This document shows, piece by piece, positions 41,185 through 51,418 of a DNA stretch of 64,000 bases. The notes below the pieces were generated by a model, which saw nothing but the letters and a program-made list of their open reading frames with translations, was not told the origin of the DNA and searched no databases. Source of the DNA: Pseudomonadota bacterium (GTDB lineage Bacteria > Pseudomonadota > Alphaproteobacteria > SHVZ01). The DNA lies in assembly GCA_016195085.1 (NCBI GenBank), contig JACQAG010000022.1:10700-74699 (forward strand), in the 5' to 3' direction. The translations under genes were made by a program, and so were the position numbers. How positions within the stretch are numbered: the stretch's first letter is position 1; each line of letters begins with the position of its first letter.

Positions 41185-42176
41185 CGCCCGCTCGCTCGGA
41201 CTCGGCGATCGATGAGCTCGGACTTCGCCACCATGACCTCGGCCTGGCGGATGGAGGCGAGGTCGATGAGCCGGCCGTCGAGTGCCACCGCGCCACGGCC
41301 GTCGCGGGCGGCAGCGGCCATTGCTTCCAGGATGCGGCGCGCCCGGGCGGTTTCGGCCTCGCTCGGACTGAAGGCCTGGTTCGCCTGGTCGATCTGGCTT
41401 GGATGGATCGCCCATTTGCCGTCGCAGCCGAGGCTGGCGGCTCTAAGCGCGGCCGCATCGAAGCCGGCCGCGTCGGAGAAATTGCCATAGGGCCCGTCGA
41501 GCGGACGGAGCCCGTGTGCCCTGGCGGCGACGATGATGCGGGAGAGTGCGTAGTGCCAGGCATCGCCCCAATGGCGCTGGCGGACGCCGTCCCCATCCGG
41601 GTCGGTCAGGATGGCGTAGTCGGCGTTGACGCCGCCGATCTGGGTGGTCCGCGCCCGGATCGAGGCGGCGTAGTCGCCGGGGCCGAAATGCAGGCTTTCC
41701 AGCCGCGGGCTGGCAGAAGCGATCGCCTCGACATTGGCCATGCCCAGCGCGGTCTCGATCAAGGCTTCGAACCCGACGCGTTTCTTGCGTCGCTTCGCCG
41801 TTTCGATCTGGGTCACCAGCATGTCCAGCGCGTAGAGATCGGCCGCGGTGCCGACCTTCGGGATCATGATGAGGTCGAGGCGCTCGGATGCCTGCTCCAG
41901 CACGTCCACCACATCGCGGTACATGTAGTGGGTGTCGAGTCCGTTGATTCTGACCGACAGCGTCTTGTCGCCCCAATCGATATCGCCGATCGCCTGGATC
42001 ACGTTGCGCCTCGCCGTCTCCTTGTCGTCCGGGGCAACGGCATCCTCGAGGTCGAGGAAGACCACGTCCGCAGCCGAGCGCGCCGCCCGCTCGAAGTACT
42101 TCGTTTGGCTGCCGGGAACGGCGAGCTCGCTGCGATTGAGGCGCGCCGGCGCTGGCTCGACGGTCTTGAAGCTCAT
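41181..42176 (-). CDS. mcl: L-malyl-CoA/beta-methylmalyl-CoA lyase
   Basis: RSELAVPGS, LDLEDAV, RINGLDTHYMYRDVV, GKWAIHPSQ. Confidence 0.85.
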   Translation of the reverse strand: MSFKTVEPAPARLNRSELAVPGSQTKYFERAARSAADVVFLDLEDAVAPDDKETARRNVIQAIGDIDWGDKTLSVRINGLDTHYMYRDVVDVLEQASERLDLIMIPKVGTAADLYALDMLVTQIETAKRRKKRVGFEALIETALGMANVEAIASASPRLESLHFGPGDYAASIRARTTQIGGVNADYAILTDPDGDGVRQRHWGDAWHYALSRIIVAARAHGLRPLDGPYGNFSDAAGFDAAALRAASLGCDGKWAIHPSQIDQANQAFSPSEAETARARRILEAMAAAARDGRGAVALDGRLIDLASIRQAEVMVAKSELIDRRVRASGR

Positions 42177-42234
42177 GCTCGATCTAGCCCGTTCGCAGGA
42201 CGCGGGCGATAGATGCGTGGTCCGGCCGGCAATG

Positions 42235-43152
42235 TCAACGCGGCCGCCGCTTCTGCGCAAGCGGGTGGTGCTGGCCGACAACCTTGGCCAGACGCTCCTG
42301 CGCTACATGGGTATAGATCTGGGTGGTGGCGATGTCGGCGTGGCCCAGCATCTGCTGCACGCTCCTGAGATCGGCGCCATGGTCGACGAGGTGTGTGGCA
42401 AAGGCGTGGCGCAGCACGTGGGGCGAGATCCGCTCGCGCGCGATGCCGGCTTCCGCCGACAGCTGCTTCAGGAGCTGCGCGAAGCGTTGGCGCGTGAGAT
42501 GTCCGGCTTCGCCGCGCGAGGGAAACAGCCAGGGCGAGGTCTGGCCCTTCGGCAGGAAGCGGTCGCGGACCTCTAGGAAGGCACGCACGGCGGCGACCGA
42601 CGGTTGGGTCAAGGGCACCAAGCGTTCCTTCTCGCCCTTGCCCTCGACCAGCAGCGTGGCGGTGTCGCGCTTGAGGGCGGCGAGCTTGAGCCCGACCAAT
42701 TCGGAGACGCGGAGCCCGGTTCCATACAAGAGCTCGAGCATGGCGACGAGCCGCAACCCTTCGGGGCCGGCCATGCCGGCGGCGGCGGCGATGAGGCGGC
42801 CCACTTCCGCCTCTTCCAGCACCTTCGGCAGCGGTCTGCCGAGCCGGGGACCGTCGATGGCGCCGGTTGGGTCATCGCCGCGCACGGCCTCGGCGAAGAG
42901 AAAGCGATGAAACTGGCGGAGCGCGGACAAACGCCGTGCCGCGGTGCGGGGCTGAAGCCCCGCGGCGGCGAGCCCAACCAGATAGGCGCGAAGGTCGTCG
43001 GCGGTTCCGGACTCGACCGGACGCCGCCGGCCAGCGAGAAAGCCGGCATAGTCCTCGAGGTCGCGCCGGTAGGCAGCAAGCGTGTTGGCGCTGCCGCCGC
43101 GCTCGGCGGCGATCATCTCGAGGAACGCCTCGACATGGCGCGAAGGAGCCAT
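42235..43152 (-). CDS. xerD: tyrosine recombinase XerD
   Basis: GLRVSEL, GKG.KER, SPHVLRHAFATH, LGH..IATTQIY. Confidence 0.92.
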   Translation of the reverse strand: MAPSRHVEAFLEMIAAERGGSANTLAAYRRDLEDYAGFLAGRRRPVESGTADDLRAYLVGLAAAGLQPRTAARRLSALRQFHRFLFAEAVRGDDPTGAIDGPRLGRPLPKVLEEAEVGRLIAAAAGMAGPEGLRLVAMLELLYGTGLRVSELVGLKLAALKRDTATLLVEGKGEKERLVPLTQPSVAAVRAFLEVRDRFLPKGQTSPWLFPSRGEAGHLTRQRFAQLLKQLSAEAGIARERISPHVLRHAFATHLVDHGADLRSVQQMLGHADIATTQIYTHVAQERLAKVVGQHHPLAQKRRPR

Positions 43153-43167
43153 GGCCACCCTTCGGAC

Positions 43168-45042
43168 CTAAAGCCCGGCTGCGATGGCGGCCTCAAGGGC
43201 GAATGCGCGCGCTTCCTCCGCAAAGTCCACCGCACGCAGCCGTTGCACCAAGAAGCCGAGCACCATGGCAGGCTGCTCGGCCAAGGCAGTCTCGCCCAAG
43301 GCGATTTCGGCGAGCGCCACCGACTCGGCGAGGCGCCGTTCGTCGCTGGCGGCGGCGAGCGCCGGGAGGAGCCCCGCCGGCGGCAGCGCCGCCGGACGGC
43401 GTGTGGTCAGGGTCACCAGATCGCGCCACAGGAGAGGCGGAACCTTTTGTCCGGAGGCTTCGATCAGGATGAGCGCGGTCGCGATGCGCGGCTCGGTTTC
43501 CGCCTCGGTTCCCTTGAGGCTCCGCCGCCAGCTCTCGAAACGCTCCTGCTGCCAAGCGCCGGCGCTGGGCTGCGCCAGGGTGTTGAGGAGCCAAAGACCA
43601 TCGAGCGCCCGGCGCGCGTCGGGAAGCCGCGGCGCCTCGGCCTCGAGCATGCCGATCCAGCGTTGCGCCGCATCCGCCCGGCCGGCGGCCTCCAGCGCCC
43701 TTGCCAGCGTCGCCGCCAGGCCCAAGAGCTCGCCCCGCGGCTCCAGAGCGGCCAGATCGGCGGCATAGAGCCGAGCTTGCTGGGCATAGGCCTGGGGACT
43801 TCCGGCGAGCGCCAACGCCCGCTCGATGAACGGCGTACGGGCCGGGGCGGAGTCCTTCTGGCGGACTGCTTGCCAGAGAATGGCGCGCCCCCAGGGTCCC
43901 TTGTCCATCTCCGCAGCACTCACCGCATTCGCCAGCGCCTCGGGTGCTACTTCGACCGACGCGTAGAGCTTCTGCAGATCCCCTGGGCTCCAGGCACCCG
44001 CCGCCTCGATCCGCTCGCCGGCGGCGAGCCTGATGGGCCCTTCGGCATTGACGCTGAGCGCGATGGCGGCCATGAGGCGCAGGTCTCGGCTGGAGGCGGC
44101 GTCGGCCGGGATCGGCCGGTGCGCGGCGCGCAGCATCGCCAGATCGAGCGGCCGCGGCTGGACAAGCGAAGCCAAGCGCGCCCGCTCGTTGCCGGCGAGC
44201 GCATCCATGAGCATGGTGAAGGTCGCATCCTCGGCGAAACCCTGTTCGGGCAGCAGGCGGGCCGCCAAGTCGGCCTTCTCCTTGTCGCCGTCGAGCATCA
44301 GGCAGAACGCCTGGCCGCGCTGCCAGACTTCGGCGCGGCTGCGGGCGAGGTTGCGGCGGACCTCGGCGCATCCGCCGGCCACATCATCGACGAGCCAGGC
44401 GGCGTCCACCTTGAGCCGCGCCAGGCGGTCGTCGACGTCGCGCTGGGGGATGGATTGGAGGAGCCGGTTCACACCGATGAGATCGCCCATCTGCAGGAGC
44501 TTCTCGGCGCGCAGCACGACGATCCGAGTCTCGCCGGCAGCACCCTCGGGATTGAGCGAGGCGGAGAGCAGCAAGCGACGCTGCAGATCGAAGAGGGCAC
44601 GGCTCGCGGGTGCGCTTGGCAATAGGCCGAGCAGCCGCTCGGCGATGGGACGCGGCGTACCGGCCCACATCGACAGGGCGAGCGCCCGCTCGCCTGGGGC
44701 GAGCGCGCCCACCGTGTCGGCTTCGACCGATTGCAGGGTGTCGACCTGGAAGCCGGCCGGTGCCTGCGGCGCCGGCGGCTGCACGCCTGCCGGAGCGACC
44801 GCCGGCGCGCCGCTCTGGGCGGGCAAAGGCGCGGCTGCGGGCGCGGCCACATCGCTCGGCGTATCCGCTGCGGGTGCGCCGGGCGATGACGGGGAGGGGG
44901 CGGGCGTCGTCGCCGCCGCCGGGGGCCGCGGAGTCAGCCGAATCGGCGCCCCGCCCGTCTGCGCGGCGGCGGGGGCCGCGCCGAGGAGCAGGAGGCCGAG
45001 GCAGACGCCGCGGCCGAGGCGGCTAGCGGCTGAAACGATCAT
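43168..45042 (-). CDS. conserved exported helical hypothetical protein
   Basis: signal peptide, Pro/Ala linker, MWAGT..LLLS motif; upstream of xerD. Confidence 0.75.
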   Translation of the reverse strand: MIVSAASRLGRGVCLGLLLLGAAPAAAQTGGAPIRLTPRPPAAATTPAPSPSSPGAPAADTPSDVAAPAAAPLPAQSGAPAVAPAGVQPPAPQAPAGFQVDTLQSVEADTVGALAPGERALALSMWAGTPRPIAERLLGLLPSAPASRALFDLQRRLLLSASLNPEGAAGETRIVVLRAEKLLQMGDLIGVNRLLQSIPQRDVDDRLARLKVDAAWLVDDVAGGCAEVRRNLARSRAEVWQRGQAFCLMLDGDKEKADLAARLLPEQGFAEDATFTMLMDALAGNERARLASLVQPRPLDLAMLRAAHRPIPADAASSRDLRLMAAIALSVNAEGPIRLAAGERIEAAGAWSPGDLQKLYASVEVAPEALANAVSAAEMDKGPWGRAILWQAVRQKDSAPARTPFIERALALAGSPQAYAQQARLYAADLAALEPRGELLGLAATLARALEAAGRADAAQRWIGMLEAEAPRLPDARRALDGLWLLNTLAQPSAGAWQQERFESWRRSLKGTEAETEPRIATALILIEASGQKVPPLLWRDLVTLTTRRPAALPPAGLLPALAAASDERRLAESVALAEIALGETALAEQPAMVLGFLVQRLRAVDFAEEARAFALEAAIAAGL

Positions 45043-45169
45043 TGGGAATGACACGCTCGACCTTCGTGCTGGGGGCGGGAATGGTCCAGGTAGACAGCAC
45101 CACCGCAGCCACTAGCATCAATGCGCCGATGCCGGCGACCACGATCAGCGCAATCCTCGAGTTCTTCAC
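45023..45169 (-). CDS. 48-aa single-TM small protein (absent from ORF track)
   Basis: MKNSRIALIVVAGIGALMLVAAVVLSTWTIPAPSTKVERVIPNDRFSR*; GTG start, overlaps next start. Confidence 0.65.
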   Translation of the reverse strand: MKNSRIALIVVAGIGALMLVAAVVLSTWTIPAPSTKVERVIPNDRFSR

Positions 45170-45376
45170 AGGCGTCCCCTGACATGCGCTTACCGAAAGC
45201 CGCCTCGGCGACAGCCCGGCGGAGTAATGCTAGAGTTTAACCGTGGCGAATTTGCGACACCACCCACGGATGCCGAGGATGATTTTCGGCCTGACGACGG
45301 CCCGCCGCCGAGGCGCGTCGGACGGCCGGCTATGGCCGGAAATGGCGGGTACGGGCGCCTCTTGGCGCACACTGCC

Positions 45377-45940
45377 ATGACCCAGCCGCCGCTCTGGGTG
45401 CTGCCGCGCTCGGTGGTCCTGGTCGGACTCATGGGCGCCGGCAAGACCTCGATCGGTCGCCGCTTGGCGACTCGGTTCCAGCTGCCCTTCGTCGATGCCG
45501 ACCAGGAAATCGAGGCGGCCGCCGGCTGTGCCATCGAGACCATCTTCGAGCTGCATGGCGAGGCGGCGTTCCGCGACTGCGAGCGCCGGGTGATCCGGCG
45601 CTTGCTGGAACGACCGGTCCAGATCTTGGCGACCGGGGGCGGGGCCTTCATCGATCCGGAGACGAGGGCCTTGGTCCGCGACCGGGCCATCTCGCTGTGG
45701 CTCCGGGCGGAGCTGGAGCTCCTCCTCGACCGCGTCGCCCGCCGCACCAATCGGCCATTGCTGAAGCGCGGCGAGCCCCGCGAGATCCTGGTCAGGCTCA
45801 TCGCCGAGCGCTATCCCGTCTATGCCGAGGCCGACATCGTCGTCGACAGCCTCGATGCGCCGACCGAGGTCACGGTAGAGGCGGCGCTCGGCGCCTTGCG
45901 GGCGTTCCTCGCGCACGAGCGCGAGCGGGTCAGCTCGTGA
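45377..45940 (+). CDS. aroK: shikimate kinase
   Basis: GLMGAGKT, DAD, ATGGG, RPLL. Confidence 0.93.
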   Translation: MTQPPLWVLPRSVVLVGLMGAGKTSIGRRLATRFQLPFVDADQEIEAAAGCAIETIFELHGEAAFRDCERRVIRRLLERPVQILATGGGAFIDPETRALVRDRAISLWLRAELELLLDRVARRTNRPLLKRGEPREILVRLIAERYPVYAEADIVVDSLDAPTEVTVEAALGALRAFLAHERERVSS

Positions 45941-47061
45941 ACGACGTCCCATCCCAGAGCGTGATCGTGCCGGTCAGCCTCGGCGAGCGCGCCTATGAGA
46001 TTCACGTCGGCCCCGGCCTCATCGAGCGCGCCGGCGGGCTCATCGGCCGGGTGCTGCCGCAGCCGCGCGTCGTCGTCGTCAGCGACGAGACCGTCGCCCG
46101 TCTGCATTTGGCGCCGCTCGAGGCCTCGCTCACCAAGGCCGGCATCGCGCATGATCGCGTCGTCGTGCCCGCCGGCGAAGGAAGCAAGGAATTCGGCCCG
46201 TTCGCGCGGCTCATCGAAGGTCTGCTCGATGCCGGCCTCGAACGCCGAACCACGCTGGTGGCGCTAGGCGGCGGCGTCGTCGGCGATCTCACCGGATTTG
46301 CCGCAAGCGTGCTGCTGAGAGGCGTGCCCTTCGTGCAGATTCCAACCACGCTCTTGGCCCAGGTCGACAGCTCGGTCGGCGGCAAGACCGGCATCAACAC
46401 CAGGCACGGCAAGAACCTCGTCGGCAGCTTCTATCAGCCGCGTCTGGTCCTGGCCGACACCGGCACGCTCGATACGCTGCCGCGCCGCGAGCTCCTGGCC
46501 GGCTATGCCGAGGTGGTCAAATACGGGATCATCGGCGATGCGCCGTTCTTCTCCTGGCTCGAGGCGCATGGGCCGGGATTGCTGGCCAAGGACGGGGCGG
46601 AGCGGCGGCGGGCGGTGGAAGTCTCTTGCCGCGCCAAGGCAGCGATCGTCGCCGCCGACGAGCGTGAGACCGGCGATCGCGCCTTGCTCAACTTCGGCCA
46701 TACCTTCGCCCACGCGCTCGAGGCGGAGACCGGCTATTCGTCCGATCTCCTGCATGGCGAGGCGGTCGCCGTCGGCATGGTCATGGCGCTCACGCTGTCG
46801 GCCAGGCTCGGCTTGTGCGAGCCGGCAGCAGTCGAGCGCGTGCGCCGGCATTTGTCGGAGGTCGGGTTGCCGACCGGGCTTGCCGATATCGGCTCCCAGC
46901 GGTTCGAGGCCGGGCGACTCTTCAGTCATATGCAGCGGGACAAAAAGGTACGGGATGGCCGACTTGCTTTCATCCTCGCCAAGCGGATCGGAGAAGCCTT
47001 CATCAGCCGGGAGGTCGCAGCCGATGCGGTCCTGGAGCTGCTGGGCCGAGCCGCCGCCTGA
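45937..47061 (+). CDS. aroB: 3-dehydroquinate synthase
   Basis: GGGVVGD, TTLLAQVDSSVGGK, NFGHTFAH, HGEA. Confidence 0.96.
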   Translation: MNDVPSQSVIVPVSLGERAYEIHVGPGLIERAGGLIGRVLPQPRVVVVSDETVARLHLAPLEASLTKAGIAHDRVVVPAGEGSKEFGPFARLIEGLLDAGLERRTTLVALGGGVVGDLTGFAASVLLRGVPFVQIPTTLLAQVDSSVGGKTGINTRHGKNLVGSFYQPRLVLADTGTLDTLPRRELLAGYAEVVKYGIIGDAPFFSWLEAHGPGLLAKDGAERRRAVEVSCRAKAAIVAADERETGDRALLNFGHTFAHALEAETGYSSDLLHGEAVAVGMVMALTLSARLGLCEPAAVERVRRHLSEVGLPTGLADIGSQRFEAGRLFSHMQRDKKVRDGRLAFILAKRIGEAFISREVAADAVLELLGRAAA

Positions 47062-47096
47062 CCCGTGCTCGGACTTGACCCTGGAATCACCGTGAC

Positions 47097-48401
47097 ATGA
47101 CGTTCGACTGGCTCGGCTCGCACATGATCGTCGTCGTCGTGGCGATCATCGTGCTGATCCTGATCTCGGCCTTCTTTTCTCTCGCCGAGACCGCGCTTAC
47201 CGCCGCCTCGCGTCCGCGCCAGCACCAGCTCGCCCGCGAGGGCAACCGGCGCGCCGCCGTCGTGAACGAGCTCAGGGCCCAGAGCGAGCGGCTCATCGGC
47301 ACGGTGCTGCTCGGCAACAACCTCGTGAACATCCTGGCCTCGGCGCTCGCCACCGGGGTGCTCATCGCCGCCTTCGGCGAGGCCGGCGTCGCCTACGCGA
47401 CCGCGGTGATGACCGTGCTCATCCTGGTTTTCGCCGAGGTGCTGCCGAAGACCTTGGCGCTCAATGCGCCGGACCGGCTGGCTCTGGCGCTGGCGCCGAT
47501 GATCCGGCCGGTGGTGCGGCTCTTGGCTCCGGCGACCCGCGCCGTGCAGCTCATCGTTCGCGGCGCATTGCGCCTCTTCGGCATCCGCATCAGCGCCGAG
47601 CTCGGCAGCGCGGAAAGCGAGGAGGAGCTGCGCGGCGCCATCGAGCTGCACAAGGGCCCGGGCGGCGAGGTCAAGGAGGAGCGCGCCATGCTGCGCTCGA
47701 TCCTCGACCTGGATGACGTCGAGGTGGGCCAGATCATGAACCATCGCAAGAACGTGACCATGATCGACTCGGGCGAGCCGCCGGCGGCGATCGCCGAGCA
47801 GGTGCTGGCGAGCCCGTATACGCGCATTCCGCTCTATCGCGGCCAGCCCGACAATGTCGTGGGCGTGCTGCATGCCAAGGCGCTGCTGAAGGCGTTGCAA
47901 GCGGTCGGTGGCGACGTCAGCCGCCTGGACATTCCGAGCATCGCCGCACCGCCCTGGTTCATTCCAGAGACCACGACCTTGCTCGACCAATTGCGGGCGT
48001 TCCGCGCGCGCCATGAGCATTTTGCCGTGGTCGTCGACGAGTACGGCTCGCTCATGGGCATCGTCACCCTCGAGGACATCCTGGAGGAGATCGTGGGCGA
48101 CATCACCGACGAGCACGATATCGCCGTCGCCGGCGTCCGTCCCCAGCCGGACGGCTCCTATATCGTCGATGGCTCGGTCACCATCCGCGACCTCAACCGG
48201 GAGTTCGAATGGAGCCTTCCCGACGAGGCGGCATCGACCGTGGCGGGCCTGGTCCTGCATGAGTCGCGCCGCATTCCCGATGTTGGGCAGGAGTTCACCT
48301 TCCACGGCTTTCGCTTTGCCGTGCTTCGACGCCAGCGCAATCAGATCACGCTGTTGCGCATCGCCCCGCCGAAAGCCGGCGGGGCCGGCGCCGCCGCCTG
48401 A
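47097..48401 (+). CDS. HlyC/CorC (CNNM) family transporter
   Basis: SAFFS.AETA, CBS pair, VVDEYG, LEDILEEIVGDI.DEHD. Confidence 0.92.
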   Translation: MTFDWLGSHMIVVVVAIIVLILISAFFSLAETALTAASRPRQHQLAREGNRRAAVVNELRAQSERLIGTVLLGNNLVNILASALATGVLIAAFGEAGVAYATAVMTVLILVFAEVLPKTLALNAPDRLALALAPMIRPVVRLLAPATRAVQLIVRGALRLFGIRISAELGSAESEEELRGAIELHKGPGGEVKEERAMLRSILDLDDVEVGQIMNHRKNVTMIDSGEPPAAIAEQVLASPYTRIPLYRGQPDNVVGVLHAKALLKALQAVGGDVSRLDIPSIAAPPWFIPETTTLLDQLRAFRARHEHFAVVVDEYGSLMGIVTLEDILEEIVGDITDEHDIAVAGVRPQPDGSYIVDGSVTIRDLNREFEWSLPDEAASTVAGLVLHESRRIPDVGQEFTFHGFRFAVLRRQRNQITLLRIAPPKAGGAGAAA

Positions 48402-48550
48402 TCGGCCTTGGCTGGCTTATGGTGCGCTGCGTCATGAATTCCAGGATTCGCGCAAAACCGCTCCATAGCCATTGAAGCAGCGCCCGGGTGGCGTCACATT
48501 AGCTCTATGCGCGGCGCTCGGTGCGGCGCGCCAATACGATTGGGGGAAAC

Positions 48551-49000
48551 ATGAACCACCTCATCGTCCCCGATATCGTTCATGGCCAAACGCTTACCTT
48601 GATGGAAGAGGGCGCCAGCGTGCGGGAAGCCGCACGGATCATGGCGGAACGCCGAATCGGTGCTGTCATGATTGTGCGCGGCGAGCGCCTGGAAGGCATT
48701 CTCACCGAGCGCGACGTGCTGGTGCGGGTGGTGGCGCCTTCTCGCGATCCCGATACCACGCAGATCGGCGAGGTCATGACCCGCAACCCCGACACTGTCG
48801 CTCCCGACAGCCGGGCCATCGATGCACTCCTTCGCATGCGCGAGAAGGGCTACCGGCACTTGCCGGTGGTCGACAAGGATCGGGTCGTCGGCATGGTCTC
48901 GATCCGCGACCTCTATGACGCGGTCAAGCAGGAGCTGGAAGAGGACCTGCAGGAGCGCGAGGCCTTCATCTTCGGCAGCGGCTACGCCACCGCACCCTGA
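48551..49000 (+). CDS. CBS domain protein
   Basis: GILTERD, RHLPVV, SIRD. Confidence 0.9.
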   Translation: MNHLIVPDIVHGQTLTLMEEGASVREAARIMAERRIGAVMIVRGERLEGILTERDVLVRVVAPSRDPDTTQIGEVMTRNPDTVAPDSRAIDALLRMREKGYRHLPVVDKDRVVGMVSIRDLYDAVKQELEEDLQEREAFIFGSGYATAP

Positions 49001-49221
49001 GAAGGCCGCAGAAGCGAGCGCGATCGCCGCCAAGTGGCCTCGGGCCCGGCACCCACACCTCGCGAGGAGGTATTTTCGCGACCTTGCCATGCTGGGCGGG
49101 CGTGGGTGCTTCGCCGTTGACGCGGCGGGGATAACCCTTATGTTCCCTTCGCTATCGCGCCGCCCTGTCCGTCGGAGGCCTATCTCCAAGAGGCGCCCGG
49201 CATCAGCCGAGGATGGTCGTC

Positions 49222-49794
49222 ATGCCCCTGTCACCCGCCGTCGAGCGCGAACATCTGCATTTGCGCCAAATCGAATGCCGCGGGTTTCGCCGTGCCGATG
49301 GGCTCTGGGACATCGAGGGTCACATGACCGACAGCAAGACCTACGGCTTTCCCAATAAAGCACGGGGCCGGATCGAGGCCGGGGAGGCGCTGCATAACAT
49401 GTGGCTCAGGATTACCATCGACGACCACTTCGTCATTCGGGCGGTCGAGGCGGTGACCGACGCCGGCCCGTTTTCGCTCTGCGGCGACATCACCCCCAAC
49501 TTCCAGAGGCTCTGCGGTTTGCGCATCGGGGCGGGCTTCACCGGGAAAACCCGCGAGCTCTTGGGCGGGGTTGAGGGCTGCACGCATCTGGTGGAGCTCT
49601 TGGGCCCGATCGCCACGACGGCATTTCAGACGCTGTTTTCCGAGCGCCGTCGCCGTGCCGATGGCGATGCGGCCGCACCGGCACCCAGCAGCGGCCAGCA
49701 GAAGCGGCCGCGCCTGTTGGACAGTTGCCATGCCTTCCGCGCCGACGGTCCGATCGTCAAGGACACATGGCCGGGTTTCTACACCGGCCAATGA
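49222..49794 (+). CDS. DUF2889 family protein
   Basis: R.DGLWDIEG, GCTHL.EL, DSCHA. Confidence 0.82.
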   Translation: MPLSPAVEREHLHLRQIECRGFRRADGLWDIEGHMTDSKTYGFPNKARGRIEAGEALHNMWLRITIDDHFVIRAVEAVTDAGPFSLCGDITPNFQRLCGLRIGAGFTGKTRELLGGVEGCTHLVELLGPIATTAFQTLFSERRRRADGDAAAPAPSSGQQKRPRLLDSCHAFRADGPIVKDTWPGFYTGQ

Positions 49795-49801
49795 CGCGGA
49801 A

Positions 49802-50128
49802 CTAAACCGGGCTCGGCAGCTGGGGAAGACCGAGGGCTCGAGGCAGCAGGCGCAGCGCCTCGGCATCGGCGATGAGCGCGCCGTCGCCACCGGTCCGTCG
49901 CTCGAGATCGCGGGCGAGCGTGCGGTAGTAGGACAAGATGAACACCCTGACCGCCGAGGTCAGGCTGGAGCGGCGGCGAAGCCGGTGCACCATCGTGCAG
50001 AGCTCGTGCAGCGAGCGGCCTTCGCGCTCGGCGATGTCGGCGAGCGCGCGCCACATATCCGGCTCCAGGCGCATGCTCGTGCGATGCCCGGAGACGACGA
50101 TGTTGCGGCTGAGGAGGGTGCTGCCCAT
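49802..50128 (-). CDS. ribbon-helix-helix domain protein
   Basis: GHRTSMRLEP.MW, SLTSAVRVF. Confidence 0.85.
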   Translation of the reverse strand: MGSTLLSRNIVVSGHRTSMRLEPDMWRALADIAEREGRSLHELCTMVHRLRRRSSLTSAVRVFILSYYRTLARDLERRTGGDGALIADAEALRLLPRALGLPQLPSPV

Positions 50129-50274
50129 GGCGTGCGCCGTACGATTGTAATGACTTAACGACGATACCAGATCTCCGTGCATTGAATTTTAGACAACTGC
50201 CGTATTTCAGCAACCCCAAATACGGCCTTTGAGCAAAATTAATTTAACCGGGGTGCGGAGGCGTTTTTCCGGCC

Positions 50275-50568
50275 CTAGGAGCGCTCCCCGCGGTTGCCGG
50301 CCTCTTCGGGCGTGACCGTGGTGAGCGAGAGCGCGTGGACCGGGCCTGCCAGCTCCTCCTTGAGGATCGCATAAACCAGGCGTTGACGCTCAACCCGGGA
50401 TTTGCCGGCAAAGGCGCTGGCGACGACGGTCATGCGAAAATGCGTCTCGCCCCCGGGCCGCGCCCCGGCGTGGCCCGCGTGCTGGTCCGACTCGTCTATG
50501 ATCTCCAATTGCTTGGGATCGAGGTTTTCCTTGATTTTGCGACGCAATCGATCGGCGACCGCGGCCAT
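50275..50568 (-). CDS. bolA: BolA family protein
   Basis: DES..HAGH, ETHF, VHAL. Confidence 0.92.
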   Translation of the reverse strand: MAAVADRLRRKIKENLDPKQLEIIDESDQHAGHAGARPGGETHFRMTVVASAFAGKSRVERQRLVYAILKEELAGPVHALSLTTVTPEEAGNRGERS

Positions 50569-50748
50569 GGAGAACTCCTGAAGGTGACGATGTCGCGAGC
50601 ACGATTGGGAGCATCGGCGAGCAAGTCAAGCAGGCGGGGCCTGGTCCCGGCATGGCCTTGCCGTCGGCGCTGCGGCCAAAGAGCGCGGCCGCGTTCATCC
50701 GGCTGCGGCTTGCGAACCCCCGTTGGCGCTTCCATACTCAATTTTGCG

Positions 50749-51354
50749 ATGCCTAGGTCTGCGAGCCATCACGAGTGGATGCCCGAGCGTCTTCGGCCGG
50801 GGTTGCGCGGGTGCGACCACCCGGGCTGCGCGGCCGAGGGCAGCTTCCGGGCGCCGCGCTCGCGCGAGCGCCTGAACGAGTATTTCTGGTTCTGCCTCGA
50901 GCATGTCCGGGCCTACAACGCCGCTTGGAACTATTACGAAGGCATGAGCGAGGACGAGGTCGAGGCCTCCGTCCGCGCCGACGTCACCTGGCAACGGCCG
51001 ACTTGGCCGCTCGGCGGCCGCATCGGCGAATCGCGCAGCTCCGGGGCTTTCGGCGCCGGCTTCCGCTACTGGCGGGCGGAGGTTCGCGATGATTTTGGCT
51101 TCTTTGGGGAGGGTGGCGAGGCTGGCCACGGTGCGCGCGAGCGGCCGCGGCGGGAAGCCGATAGCGAGCATGCCGAGGCGCTCGCGGCCATGGAGCTGGA
51201 AGCGCCTTTGACCCTGGTCGAGCTCAAGGCGCGATACAAATTTCTTGTCAAACAGCACCATCCCGACGCCAATGGCGGTGACAAGGCCGCGGAAGAGCGC
51301 CTGAAGGTGATCAACCGCGCCTACACCACGTTGAAGAAGTCACTCGCCGCTTGA
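50749..51354 (+). CDS. J-domain protein
   Basis: FCLEHVR.YN N-terminal domain; C-terminal HPD J domain. Confidence 0.9.
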   Translation: MPRSASHHEWMPERLRPGLRGCDHPGCAAEGSFRAPRSRERLNEYFWFCLEHVRAYNAAWNYYEGMSEDEVEASVRADVTWQRPTWPLGGRIGESRSSGAFGAGFRYWRAEVRDDFGFFGEGGEAGHGARERPRREADSEHAEALAAMELEAPLTLVELKARYKFLVKQHHPDANGGDKAAEERLKVINRAYTTLKKSLAA

Positions 51355-51418
51355 CTGCGGCGGGCGGCTGCCTCTCCTTACGCCTTCGTGACCGAGCCGT
51401 TGATAGCTACGAGGAACC

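Noticed and set aside
42235-43152. Tyrosine recombinase as an island or prophage integrase
   Set aside because: XerD-type sequence in a housekeeping aroK/accA context; no att sites or phage genes.
50145-50250. CtrA binding site
   Set aside because: TTAA half-sites are present but not in TTAA-N7-TTAA spacing.
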